From: Eutreptiella sp. 'Long Island Sound 2002' | Lineage: Eukaryota; Protista; Euglenida | Direction: 5' to 3' | Assembly (NCBI GenBank): GCA_964036045.1 | Contig: OZ038378.1 | Location: 141,360,001 to 141,424,000, forward strand | DNA: 64,000 bases | In this document: one piece after another, positions 24,317 to 37,480 of the stretch | Position numbering within the stretch: the stretch's first letter is position 1 | How the letters are laid out: each line of letters begins with the position of its first letter | Made by a program: the position numbers and the translations under genes | The notes under the pieces: generated by a model | Seen by the model: only the letters and a program-made list of their open reading frames with translations | What the model was told of the DNA's origin: nothing | The model's database searches: none

Positions 24317-24646
24317 CTGCTCGCCAGACTGTAGAAGGGCGTAGGGGCAGGCATTGTGTCGGAGGCCGCATGGCGCGACCGAGTGCTGCTGGGGCTGGGG
24401 CTTGCGCTTCGGGCCGAGGGGGACTTCCGGCCCGTGGGATGGGCGGTGAGGGCCGTGCTGGTGCGGTCCATGGCGGTGCAGTGGCTGGGGCGGGTGCTCA
24501 GGCTGGACGCGGGGCGGGCGAAGGGGCTGATGATAGAGGGAGGGAGGGTGTCCTCGCCGGGCACGTGCATCCACAACGACGCCGCCGCGGAGGCCGCGCG
24601 CAGCGGCGACAGCGTCGAGCAGCAGTGCGCTTTGAGGTAGTTCCAC
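24317..24646 (-). CDS. Candidate coding exon (Ser/Pro/Ala-rich), possibly a distal exon of the minus-strand host gene
   Basis: Acceptor ccgcag at 24647. Frame WNYLKAHCCSTLSPLRAASAAASLWMHVPGEDTLPPSIISPFARP... has strong C/G third-position bias like exon 57161-57407. The donor position is uncertain. Confidence 0.45.
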
Positions 24647-27600
24647 CTGCGGCCGATGTGCAATGGAGCGCACATTTGCGCACGGCGGTTGTGCGCGTGC
24701 ATGCGTCGGCCGTGGAGAGCGCGTGCCTCCCACAGCTTTAGCACGTTTGCTAACCTCGGGGAGGCAGCGGAGTGTGTCTCTCGGAGGTTTGCGCGCGCAC
24801 TCATCGAGCGTGTGCCTACTGCGGGTGCCTTGTGTGTGCCGAGCATACCTCCGCTGGTTGTCCTGGGCGTTGTGCTTCGGCATTTGGTCTACCATCTGCA
24901 TCGCCATTTCCGCTGCGGCAGCCAACTGGTCACACTGCGTCGGGGCAATCGGCCTGCACGAGGAGGACGTATCCTGTGGGGCATCTTAGGTCAGGGCGTG
25001 GGGCTGGGTCCTCAGAAATCGGAAACATGATCCCCCCCCGCCCCGCTCCAGACCAAAAGTAAAAAAGGGGGGGGCTGGGGGGGTGGGGGGTTCGCTGTGT
25101 GGAGTTATGATTGGGGGGTTGCACAGGAACGTGAGGGAAAGGGAAATGTGACCCTTCCCCAATCCAAGATCAATAAGTTTGTCACCAGGGGCATTCTTTA
25201 GAAACAAGAGGGTTTGCACCGTAAAATGCCCTCAACCCCCCCCCGCCCCCCACATACCCGTGTTAAAAGGGGGGGGGGGGGCAAACCCCCTCATGATATC
25301 CTGTTGCTCAAGAACCCCCCACCCGTCCACCGACGCTGCGGCAGTGGTGCGCTCGTCTTGTTCGGAGGGGGGACGGCGTCTCAGTTGAGATCCGTTTTCT
25401 TTTCTTTTCTGGAGACTTCTCATGTTGGCAACTACCGCAGCAGTTTGATGAGCGGGTTGCGGAAAGGAAAGGGTGGAGATACGTCGAGGGTACAGAGGAT
25501 TGTAGTTGGCTGCAGAGGGCTGCAGTGGGTTGTTGGGTGTCAAAGATGGTCGTGCAGGACTACGGCGGGTTGGAATGGTGTGTGGGTGGTCCGAGGGCCT
25601 TTTTCAGGGCTGTAGAGGGTTGGTGAAGGTGCAGCAGGTTGCAAGGATGTCGAGCCGTATTTAGGGCCCCGGGATGTTTTGGGGGGGAAGGCAACCAACG
25701 CTTCCGCCACCGTCACACCCCCCTTGACGCACCACTGCCTTTGCACAACATTGCTACGTATCGGATTGGTTTAATTGCGACATCCACGTTCCCAGGGCTC
25801 AGCAGAAAACAACACTCACGGAACGGGTTTTTCTGCTGCATCTATTCGCCGTCTAGCGAACGAACCAGCAGACCCACATTTCTTCGCCTCTGTGCCATGT
25901 CCCGCAAATTGTGCCTTTCCGGTTTGTGTTGCACTGTCAATCAGCCTTGAAGGAGAGGGGCGAGGACGTCGGACCCTGGCACGCATGAATGTGAATGAAA
26001 GAGACCTCCGTGGGAACTCTGTGCCCTGGTACAGCAGCTCGGGCAGGCAGAAATGGAACTCTGGAGCAGGGGTGAGTGGTACAGCCATTCAACACCTTCA
26101 ATGCCTTCCATAGACTCTTGCACCAGCCCTCCTCCTGCACAGCATTGTGTTGGGATTGTTTTCGCTACGGCGTGCGCACCACTACACACAAAACAGTATC
26201 CACAACCAAACCTCGGATCTTTGAGATGGTCCTTTATGGGCACAGGGCTGACAATGTACTCATCGCCCTTCAATTCGTCTTTCTTGACTGCATTGTACAT
26301 GCTACCAGGGAAGCTGAAGGCAGGATTCAAGTTCAGTACCCGCTTCTGTCTGAATGGATCAGACGCATTGGGCAGTGGCTTCTGCGGAGAAACATACAAG
26401 CATAAGAACCTCTGTGCCCCTTCCCATGCAACCATTCTTGAACAATACCCCACCCATTCCACAATAATATATCAACAACCATGACCAAACCAAAAGATCC
26501 CTCAGCAATAGAAATGGTGCCTTCGAAATGATGGCATCCAAATCTTCATCTGCAAGGGCTTGCAAGCCCACTAAAGGCACATTTGGTGTGCACACATCAC
26601 CCGTTGTGGGCCACCACACATAATTACATTTGCTGGTGTGCACCGCACACTATCACCCTCTGTGTATGTCACAAGTAATACCATTTTGCCAGTGATAATT
26701 CCAATTCTCTCAGCATCGGTAGTGATGTACCAACTTTGTGCATTTCAGGGGGTTGCAGCCCGTGTTGCCTCATGTGTGCCCCGTGAGTGTTCCGTAAGGG
26801 CAGGGGGGGGGGGGGATATTGGGGTATATTCAGAAAGCCCTTGAAAAGGGCTTTTTGGAACACCCTGGGTCTGCATGTTGTACTGACAATATGTTTGAGT
26901 TTTTTGTCCGCCTTGGACAGTGCCTGTGTTACTGCTGCCTCTTTTTGTGAACAGGCAGGTACCATGTCTTCATAGAAATTGAAGTACAAACCTCCAAACA
27001 GAAGTACAGCATAAGAAGGGGCTACGGCACAACCTATTGTCTACCATACTGTGGTGCGCGTCGGCAGATTTGCAAGACACAGTTTCAATGTGCAGCTCTG
27101 GAAATGGCCAATTTAGATCAAAAAGGTCATATTTTAGTTTATGCCTGTACGGGGTGTCACCAGTGTGGCAGTAGACCTTGGGGCAGTAATCGGGGAAATT
27201 CTCCAATATTGTTGAGCCCACACTCTTGCATTGTTGCATTCAGCACATCAAAATGCACAGATTTCCATCCCTCTTTTTTCGTTATTGAAACCACATATCA
27301 GAGCACAAGGCTGAGCACCGCGAAAACCTTGCACGCAGAACAAGCTTTACGAGTAGATGCTGAAACGCCCAAACTCGGTGGACCTAGACCAAAAAATATG
27401 GTCATCCCCCCCCGCCCATGACCCATACCTTTCCAAAATGGCCTTTTCTTGCAGATTTCAAATAAGTATAAGATATCCCCCCCCTATGTGGTGACATGTT
27501 TGCACATTGGGCGGCGACGGGTTACCTGAGTCCCAACGGTGTTGGATAGGCCATGTGGCGATAGGGGTTGCCCCAGGGGTCAGTCCATGGGCCTATTGCA

Positions 27601-28449
27601 AATTAAAGCGGGCACTGTGCCTACCTCATTGGCCGCAGCGCTCGGGTCCCGGGGCCTGTAGACCCAAACAGCGGCGGATGCACCCGGTCTTGGACAAGCC
27701 ATGAGGGGACAGGGATCGGGGTCCAGGGGCTTGGTGTCAAATTCCATGAGCACTATGCTTGCCTCGGTGGGTGCGGCGCTCGGGTCCCGGGGTTAATGGC
27801 CGGGCGGCCCCCTCCCCAAACGGGGGGGAGGAGCAGGAGGAGGAGTTGCTAGTGATCGGCGCAGGCCCAGTGCTAGCTAGTGGACGGGAAAGGGTGCCCA
27901 CTCCCTGTGTCTCCACCACACGGATTGTGAAACAAAACATAGACCAGACAAGCCACGTTCACCCCGGGCGTGGGGCGATTGGGCTCGGCCAGTCTCCAAA
28001 CCCACGCACTCGCCGAACTGTGGATACCCTGGCGGCAGACCCAATCCTGGGCTGGAACGTAGGTCGAGTGGTCACATGGGGTCCCCCGCCCACCGAGGCG
28101 TCGCAATGCATGCTAGTTTGTTTCCATATCTATGAGTCTATACATGTGTGCTACCATCTAGGCGCTCGGTCTCAAGGGGACGGAGTAGCACGAACCCTCT
28201 TGTTCTGCTTGACTGGACAAGGGCAACACAAAGCGGGCAGACAAGGCAGGAAGCAAGTGATGAGGCAAACACACATAATGCTCACAACTATGCCAGTCGA
28301 AGGCGGACCCAAGGGTCTGTGTATGAAAAACGGGCTTGATGTCCCGCTAACGGCAAGGACTGGCAGAATAAGGTGCAGTTGAATGTGCTCATCTGTCGGA
28401 GGGACCACATTGAGCAAAAAAAAAAAAGCTACGGAGCGCTGAGGATGGC

Positions 28450-31400
28450 CATAACTCAAAACCCAAAGCCAGGCAGCAATCCCAAGGGGGTGGAGGGAAA
28501 ACTGACGGGCTATCCCAAATGAGCGCCATGGCACTGTCCATGCCTTGAGGCCTACCAATTGTGTTGCACCCACCAATACTGCCTAACCAAGCGCAAACGT
28601 TAGGTGTTTGGGCCTTGATGGCTGGCGACTGCCAACGGAACATGTACAGAGAAAGGTATCATAGCCAACAAGACTTGTAAAAGAGCGGAACGGGGCCGCC
28701 CCGGCGACTCAAGCACCCGAGAGCTCCACGATGACGAGCACACTAGAGTGGGAGGGGGAGGGGTCCAATGGAAAACATACACGTGACGGCACGCTGAGAA
28801 CCACGGCACTACCGGCAACGTAAGAGAGCGGTGTAAGGCTGCCACCTCGTTCAAAATGAAAGATACAACATTCCGCAAGGCCTTACGCATAATCCCCCGA
28901 GAAAGAAGAAGAGAGGCATCACGAGGGGTGACCTCACCCGTGAGGCCGATTTGGGCGCATGAATAAGGTGACAGGGCATGAAAAGGGTAGAACCCAGTCG
29001 GATGCCAAACATTTAGCGGCCACGCAAAAAACGTATATTGTGCCCTGTACCCGTAGGGACCCTCCATCGTGGACACAAGTCCTTGAGGGCCACAAGCAGC
29101 CGAGAGTGAAAAAAGACTCGCAAAGATAGAGCGGCTCCACAAAAGGGACATGTTGTGCTGGAAGTCGCACCCGGGTCGTGTCGTACATCCACAATCATCC
29201 AATGCACCCCCCAAGTAAAAAGAACCTGCATGACCAGCTCATTGTAAAAAGTGTAGTTGGAGTGTGTGCGGATAGGTGGCAATGACACCGCCACCCGGAC
29301 ATATCCACGCAGATGTTGCCTGAAGAGGGCCACTGGATCATGCACTTGGTATGGACGAGAGGTATGTGCAATGATGAAACAAACAGTGGGGTCCTTTAAG
29401 CCTGCCTGCCATGTGGCCTAAGGAACTTGCCGAAGGGCGGTTTCCTTAGCCAACACGTCCACGTGCCCGAGGACATACCCTGGAGGTGGGAATACAGGTG
29501 ATAGGGTATCTCCCATCGGGCTCATAAGCCGCGGCAACGTGAAAGCAAGGCAGTGACGAGGGAACAGCTATCGTCATTTTTGCTCTCCAAAGCAGCGATG
29601 TATGACTAGGAATCTAAAAAAGTCCAGCTCTCGCCGCGGTATACCGATACATTGGGTGCGGGAGTGAAGGGCGACCCAGGCCACATAGATCTGTGCTTGA
29701 TACGATTTATTGCAAAAAATGGTTATACGCACGGGGTGGAGATTGAACGCACCAGTGGTTAAATTTAAAACCACCAGGGTGGCAGTGCCCCGGGAACCAC
29801 ACAGCATCATGGATGCATGCCGCATTATGACTTGGAGGCCGAAGGTCAAGTAGGTCCGGACGCAACACTGATATCACCTGAGAGAAAGGCGTTCGAGCTG
29901 ATTGAGAGGCCTGAAAGCGGCAGGGGCGCTGTAGCCCGGTGCCTAGGCTTCGTGTACTTGGCGAGGTCCTCTCGATGAAACTGATGGGGCAGGGCATGCC
30001 GTCCGGGCAACCGGACAAAAGCGGCGGGGCTTGGGCGCTGCAGAGGCGATCCCCAAAGACAGATTGGTTCATCCAAAAGGTCTTAACAACCGAGCCGCAT
30101 CTCAGTCCCTAGGGCCACAATCTTCACATTGTCGGAAAACAGATTGGTGGCCACACCAGCGGCAAGCAAGGGAGCGACCAACCGTTGTGCGTCCTAATGG
30201 CACTCCGCCAGCCAACACGTGTCATGTACCCAACCCAAGCGGCATAGAGGACCAGCACGGGACCTGAGTGGCCTAGCAGTCAAAAGGACCACAGCAGCCT
30301 ACAGTTCACCCGAAAGACAGTGCAGCAAAGCCAAGATGGGGTCCCCGTGCCCTAAGCCTGCCTCATACCAGGCTAGAGCCTCCTCCACTCCTTGATAGGC
30401 ACACATGTGCATGGAATGTATGGCAAAGAGGAGTACATCTACTACCAAGGCGGACAAGCCCACTGCAAGCAGCATGGTATATGGCTGTGAATGGTATCGT
30501 GAGCTAGAGACCCAAAGGTGTGAATGATGTCGTCAACAATGAGCCAGCCCTACAGGCCCTGGGCCCAATGCGACAAAAACCAGTCACGCACTACGCGAAG
30601 GACATCTAGCACAGAGGTGTGTGGCCATATGGAAAACTGCCAATGCGAGATGCGATGCTCGTCACAAAGAAAGCACTGTAGAGTGGTAGTAAGGTTCATG
30701 GAGAGTACTTTCCGTCCTTTCGATGTAGATGCTCTAGCCTAGACCACCACATAGGATGACTCGCGGACAAAGGCTCCCAGGTGCTCTTGTTCCTGCCAGA
30801 CGACAGCGGGAATTCGGTCAGAAGCAACAGGTTCCCCGTAAGCGGCACGTGCCGCCCCCCCAATAGCATCGCAAAGGAGTGAGACCCGAGCATTAGCAGC
30901 CGTGCCAACGTAGGCATAAGGCGTCAAAAGGCCGCACAATATTGGTCAATGGGACACACTGGGATAGGAGGGAGCAAACGAAAGCGGCGACAGTTGCCCC
31001 AGGATGGAGACCGGCATAGGAGCCTCAACCCTATCCATATGAAGCCTGATGGGGCAATGATCCGACGGAAAATGAGCGTCAAAATGGGTTTCTCCACAAA
31101 CACCGGTCAGGTGCTTGAAGACCAAAAAATGGGCCTCAACATTGAAATGACCTTGGGAACGCACCCAGCTGGGTAGTTCCACACGAGGTGTCACTCGTTG
31201 CAGACGGGACTCGGCCAAAAAGACCGCAAAAAAGTGACGCATGTCTCAGAAACAAAACTGAAAATGGTGGCCCCGGTCCGGGTTGTGATTGATGTCCCGA
31301 AAACAAACACGGAAATATTGTCTAGAGGCCAAAACATGCGCCAAAAGCAATTGCAAAATAGGATCTTAGTTGTCAATTGACCCCGACAATAGAGGGTATA

Positions 31401-31800
31401 ACGCGATAACAAGCAATAAACAACCCGCCAAATTGAACCACGTAGCAGCGCCCCTGCCATCCGATTGGATGTCGAACCGTGACAAATGTAGGTGCGTACC
31501 ATAGCTGCCACCCCTAAACATTTCTTGTTAAGGCTGAAAAAAGCGGCATACAGTGGTGTATGGAAAAAGACTCAGGCAAAGCCCCAACCTCCTGCAGAGA
31601 GACCACAACCGGGAAGACAAAGATTGAAAAAGAGACAAAAAAGCTCGTACTTTAAGCCTCAAAGACTGTTGCAAATTGAGGGACAGAAGCTGCATACCGC
31701 ACATTATGGGGGCATTAGTGGGCACTACACAGACATCATGACCCCCGCAGTTACCGCGGGAGAAAACCTTGCACGCCACGCATGATGCGTGCCTGCACAA
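28450..31800 (-). pseudogene. Decayed non-LTR retrotransposon ORF2 (APE endonuclease - RT - Cys/His finger)
   Basis: Motifs in the expected order across frameshifts: MQLLSLNLQ (about 31696), PVVVSLQEV (about 31600), FPSDHCPI (about 31060), IVDDIIHTFGSLAH (about 30520), GLGHGDPILALL (about 30345), WVHD (30221-30232), FGLQV, TCPFCG (about 29150). Outer boundaries are approximate. Confidence 0.75.
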
Positions 31801-32199
31801 GGTAAGGCATGGGCTGCCCCTCCCTTATCCTAGGCACGGCAGCCGCTGGAATCCGTGCACCCTACTCGCCTAGCGCGATGTGTCCTGTCCCCTCGTGATT
31901 TGAGAGAGGGTTCCACAGTTCCTGAGGGGCTAGCCCCTTTGCCCAAGTGCCATCCAAATATCGCCAATGGTGACACAACGAATGTCCTTGTTTCTGTATG
32001 TGCTCTATGTGAGCCCACTTTTGTCTCTACAAAGCCCTTTGTCCGGCTCTGCTCTAGCTCCATGTCTTTGCACCCTGATACCCATCTATGCACCAGGTTC
32101 TTTTTTTTGTTCTATCTACGGCAGTTGGGGGGGGGGGGCGCCTCCTATCAACACCTCTCCGGTGGGGAGCCGCTTTGGTGTGCCCCTTGCGCCTTGCAC

Positions 32200-35100
32200 T
32201 TTTTACTCACGCTAGATCCTCGTTTTGATTTTCCGCTGTGCTTTTAGCACCCCCAATTTATCTGCCTTGGTTGCCTTTTGATTTACCGACGCGGTATGTG
32301 CGCCCTGGCTGTTTCGGCACTTTGTCTAGGGGAGTCATCCACTTGCATACAATTTTTTCACAAACTGCCGACGTAGCCTGTTGTTGCAACATGTCCAATT
32401 TTGTGTCGCTGCTTCTCATTGTTATATCACAAACCGTGGCGATGGATCCGTATGCAGCCGACCTATGCTCCCGGTGGGTGGGGCAAGTTTCTTCAAATCT
32501 ACTCGGTGCCGCCCGTGACTCTTTGTCCACCCTATGGAGTAACTCCCTTGCCGGGGTGAACGATGCCTTACGGTGGGCCCTCTAGAAAGACAAGGTCACT
32601 TTGGTGGCTAGCATTCATACAGTTGTTCACCCACAAGGCCTTATTCTCAGATGCAAAGCAACGGTGCAAACGTCATCCGACTGCAGTATTGTCCCATAGG
32701 TTCCTTTGGCAATGGTTGTCACCCCCAAAATCCTCGGCTATCTACCGTTACCTCCGGATGATCTGGCGTGTAGCCTTGTGCACACTTGGAACCCGAACTA
32801 GTGGCTTGTGGAGAAGTCCAAGCTACATGGATCAATCGCCCGCATGGTGGGGCTCAAAGATGTATCCCAAGTATGGGGTGCCGAACGCCATGCTAAAGAC
32901 CAAGCTCATCAAGTCGGTGATTACCTCCTAGGGGGGGGTTGTTCGTGATTTTTGGCTTTGCCCCCCCCCCCCCCGCACATGCACTCCTTGTGATATTGGA
33001 ACTCCCCCAACCCATTGACTCCACTCCCACGATCTCGAAGCCCGGCCTTGTGGATGAACTCCATTACGGTATGCTTTCGTGGGCTAGTAGCTTTTGCAGC
33101 TTTGTTCTTGGTGCCCCTTTCTCAAAGCATGCGCCTATTTTGGATGTGACCACCGTTGGCACAATTGCCGCTGCATATGACTCCTCAGTCATTCCTATTG
33201 GGTCCGTATTGCAAGTTGCGCCCTCCTGTCGTGAACTACGGCCCCTGTTTTGACTGCTTTTGAGAAGGGGCACACGCGCCCGTGACCACACTATGAAAGT
33301 GGTTGACGCCAAGCACTCCGGGCTCTACCTTTCCTCTAACACGGGATATCCTGCGCAGCCTATTTTCTCTGTTTTGCGGCACTTTTTTCTGCCCCATGAC
33401 CATCAATGTTGACAACAACTACTCGCCCTCTGCTGCTCACCCTTGTTTTGAATTAACCACCACCCCTGCTGACGTCATGTGCACTCACGATACTCCCGTT
33501 GTGTCCCTGCCAGCCGATTTGACCAACCCGACTTACTTTGAGAGCGACATTTTGCCTTAGCAGCTGCAGTTCGGTCACCCTGCGGATCAGCCGCCGAACT
33601 ATGAGGCCATCCTCATGATCGATCAACTGAGCCTGCAGCGCAACAAAGCGCTAACGCAACTTCGAGAAGATCATCAATCTCAGATTAATGCCTAGCCGGC
33701 TCATGGTAAAGCTACTCTTCAAGACTTGACAACGCGCACGATGCCGCTTTGTGGGAACCTCCATCGAAGGTCATTGATTTTGAGGCCCAGCTTCGTGTTT
33801 TTCATGCATAACACTTGCAACTTCGGCAACGCTCCCCTAATCATGCAATGCTTGACATTCCACTTGTGATGGGTCTCCTTCAGGATATTGTCCGCCGCCG
33901 GCACACACCTGCCCCTCGTGTGCATGCCACTCTGACATCTATGATCCCTCATGAGAGGTTTGCTCCGTTGCCAGCTGACCACGAGCCGTGTTTGCCATCT
34001 ATGGCGCTACTGGTCACCGTCGCGACATGCTAGGCATTGCTCCTTCCGATTCGAGGGAGCCGCAACGCTCTTTTTGCGCTTAGTGAGTTGTGCGGTTTGA
34101 TGACCCCGCATCCTGGTCAGTTGCTGCTGCAAATAGCTTCGTGGCCTCCCCCCCAAATGCATATGTTGCACCCTCTAACCATCATGTTGCCCCCTCCACG
34201 TTACCTCCGGCCAATGTTTGACCAACGGAGCCGCGCCCCAAGAACAGTGGTGCTGACCCCTTGCCCTACTTTTTGTAGTCGTCCAACTCCATCCCTGCCG
34301 CCCGTGAGGCCAAGTCCGCAGAGTCTGTTCATCTTTTCATGAATGTCACCTGTTTGGCCGATTGTCCGGTCCGGATTTCATGCAGGATTCTCTATATTCC
34401 CAATGGGAGTACCTGTCCCGTAACTCCGCAACACTCTTCTTGGGAGCTCGGCGGTGCAAGCCTTTTTGGTCCAGAAAAGTAATCAAGTGAAGGCCGAGTT
34501 TGCTGCGGTTGCCATTGCAGCCAATGCCGCGACAGCCAAGGCGCAGAACCAAGCGCCCGGGGCTGCTGCTTCCTCATCCCGGGGCCCCTTTCGTGGCGGG
34601 CGCGCTCATGCTATCCATTTTCTTGCGGCATTGCATTTCCGCTTGTCATCGAAGCCCACTGTGCATTGGCCGTGCATATCGTCCAAGCTAGGTAGCACAC
34701 TTTGTACCGCCTTTGGGGCAGATCTGTTAGCCCATTTGGCCGATCAACATCTCCGCCAAGGTACCGAAGGCCTCAATGGCGGCTACTCTGTGGTTGGCAT
34801 CACCCATGCTGCTAATCCATCGTATCGTCTCAATCCACACACGAGGACGCCCGTGTTATCTTTACTTTCTGCAAAGCGGAATGGCAACCTTGGAGGCTGT
34901 GGGGATCGGCCCCCTCCGCCAAAAGGGCTCGCACGGAGGCCGCCCCCAAGGCCGTGGTGCTTCCACCGGCAACACACCCTCTGCAATAGTATGCGGATCC
35001 GGCGCCTACAACTTGTGTTTACCTTTAACCACGAGACCCCACTTACACAGCGTCTTATTCTGCCTTTGGTACTTCTTTTCCCGCCCCTACCTCTCCTTAC

Positions 35101-35880
35101 TCCACCGTTGGCGGACATGCTTTCTCTGGGGCAGTGGGCACCGCTCCTCTCGCCATCTCACCCCCCCTCTCGCCGCGGTTCCCTCTTCTTCACCTCACTA
35201 TACATCATACCTGCCAGCTCCTCGATACCCCCCTTAATGAGCGCTGTGCCTGAAGGCGACCCTCGCCCCCAATGACTGCCAGTATCCGAACAAACCCCCG
35301 CCCCCTTTCGTCTTTGCCCGGCAGGAGAAGGACCACGGCATGGTACGATCATCCATGCATGAATCCAATCGTGGGGCTTGGCGGTTTTCTACGTTCAACG
35401 CGTGGGGTTATCAATTTTCACCATCCAGCACATTTTTGGGCACGTCCGACCTACTAGATCATTTTCTGTCCCTGCCTTTAGCGGACCTCTCCCTTTCCCG
35501 AGGTCTTCACTAAATACCCTCCGTGTGGGCTCCTTGACTCAACTGGTGGATTAACACCACCCAAAAAGTCCTTCCGCGACATGGTCCTTTGTTTCCCCCC
35601 TCTTTCCAGGCAGGCCCCGTTAGTGGGTTTTGCAATGTTTTGATTACGCAATTTCTTTTTGCACTTTCATGTAGCCTCCCGTGGCACTCAGTGTGTCTTA
35701 ATCATGTGCCTTAGCTCGTCGAAAATGCGGAGGCATCTCCGCTACCTGTCCCTAGGCTCCGTTCTGGAGGCTGCTTGTGATTGCACCCTCTACCACATGG
35801 ATGCTCGATGGCCGTATGGCGATTTCAAAAATGGCCCCGCTTGGAGGGGCACGTTCACTCTAGCACGGGCGGAGAACACA
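32200..35880 (+). pseudogene. Decayed 5' half of a non-LTR retrotransposon (ORF1-like remnants plus start of APE)
   Basis: WRFSTFNAWG at about 35385-35410 resembles the APE N-terminal xxWNxxG motif, and GDF follows at about 35820. Upstream are fragmented coiled-coil and low-complexity frames (e.g. ORF 34454-35275). Confidence 0.5.
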
Positions 35881-35899
35881 ACATGCATGTTACAGGGAC

Positions 35900-37480
35900 G
35901 TGGAAGAGGGATGCCAAATCATGTACTGAGCCCCGAAGGGTCTCGGTGGCAGTCAAAGAGACACAAATCACATGTATGCTAGGTTGGGTACCAGAAGCAG
36001 CACAACCTATCTTCGCTGATACCTGAGGGCAATGGGTTGGGCAAAAGACATAGGGCAATGGGGAACAAGCATATTTCTCAAGTGTATGGCACCATTCCCC
36101 AAAGTAAATACAAACTACTGCAAAGCAAAGGGTCACGGCAGGCCGCCTGCTGCAGGCTGAGAATAGAAAAAGGCAACAAAGATGGACCATAAACGACCTG
36201 CATCTATGATTGGACCAGAGCAGATAACGACTACGGTTGCGGCGGAGCACCTTGGTCATCATTAGGGCCTCGGCGAGGCGGTCCATCGTGGCTGGGGAGC
36301 ATGCTGGCATTCTCATAGGGGATGGGAGACACAACAGCTCTAGCAGCCGCCAGATGACCTCAGTTGGGACCCCTCACGAGAGGCAAATTCTATGGACGCG
36401 AATCGGTAGTACGACTAGTCTAAATGCACCCGGCACTAGCACGCGTGGTGGTCTCCAAACTTGATTGTGTGGGGGCAAGAGGCGAAGTTCGCGTCTGGGT
36501 GGTGGGGGCGTAGTGTCCCAAGTACCCACCCAAGAAGCACTTGAACGTGGTCTTGTTTAATTGTTTGGCCATAGGGGGCAAGAGTTCGGGTCCGGGTACA
36601 TGGGACCCTGTGCACCGTATGTCTACGTCGGGCGTAACATGGTGTGAGAGGCTGGCAACCACGCAAGCATGCCCTCAGCGACGCTGGTTGGCGTAACCAG
36701 TAGCAGATCGGACCTCCTTCTTATCAGACAGGCAAGTTGCACATGAGACCATACTATGGGATCTAAGTGGGCAGATCCGGAAATAGCAAGGTTATCATAG
36801 GTGGAGGCATCAAGTGCGGCGAGATCGAGCACAATCTATGGGTAGGGGGGCATATGACAAAGGGCTGGTTTTGAAAACACGCCGCGGATGCAAACAATGT
36901 ACTATGCCCATGCCGGTGTGGCGAGCAGGGTTATTCATCACTGAAGTAGGCGCATGGCCACAAGAACACACCAAAGAGGGCACAGAAGGAAGCTACACGG
37001 CAGAGCGCGCGCGCACCGCGGGCCGCATCGAGCACAAGAAAGGCGAGTGTTGGCCTACTAGGCCCATGAGCATGTATAGCATTTAGAGTGCTGGGCAAAA
37101 GCAAGATGTGAAAACGATAGACGCGGGCAAGAGTTTTCCCGGGAGGAGGGCTACGGAAACAAAAAAATTTATCATCCTCAGAACGGAGTTTGTGCAAGCA
37201 GAGCAAATAGAAAAAGACCAAGGCGCAATAAAACTTGTGCTTGTGGCAAAGTGCGCCACTAGGACCACCTTTCCGGGGCACTACTAATGTTTCCCTGCGA
37301 CCGTCGTTTCGTGAGAGTGTCTCAAGACTTTGCAAAATGATCCACAAGATTTCCGGAGGCGCGGGCAAGAAGAGTGGTGCGCAAATAAAACCATATTGGC
37401 ATTTGAGCACAAGCTTGGGGATCCGAGTGCGAGGCTCAACGGTGCAAGATAATAGTTCCTGCACTTATGTCTTGGTTTAG
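35900..37480 (-). pseudogene. Decayed non-LTR RT fragment
   Basis: LVVPRKGGP (about 37270), QYGF (about 37390), LAFLVLDAA, RGV-Q-x-QPLS (about 36870), YDNLAI, FKCFLGGYLG. These are RT-like motifs in roughly the canonical order. Confidence 0.55.

Noticed and set aside
28450-35880. Twin-priming 5' inversion of a single LINE
   Set aside because: Both pieces contain their own APE N-terminus, and their overlapping regions are not similar in sequence.
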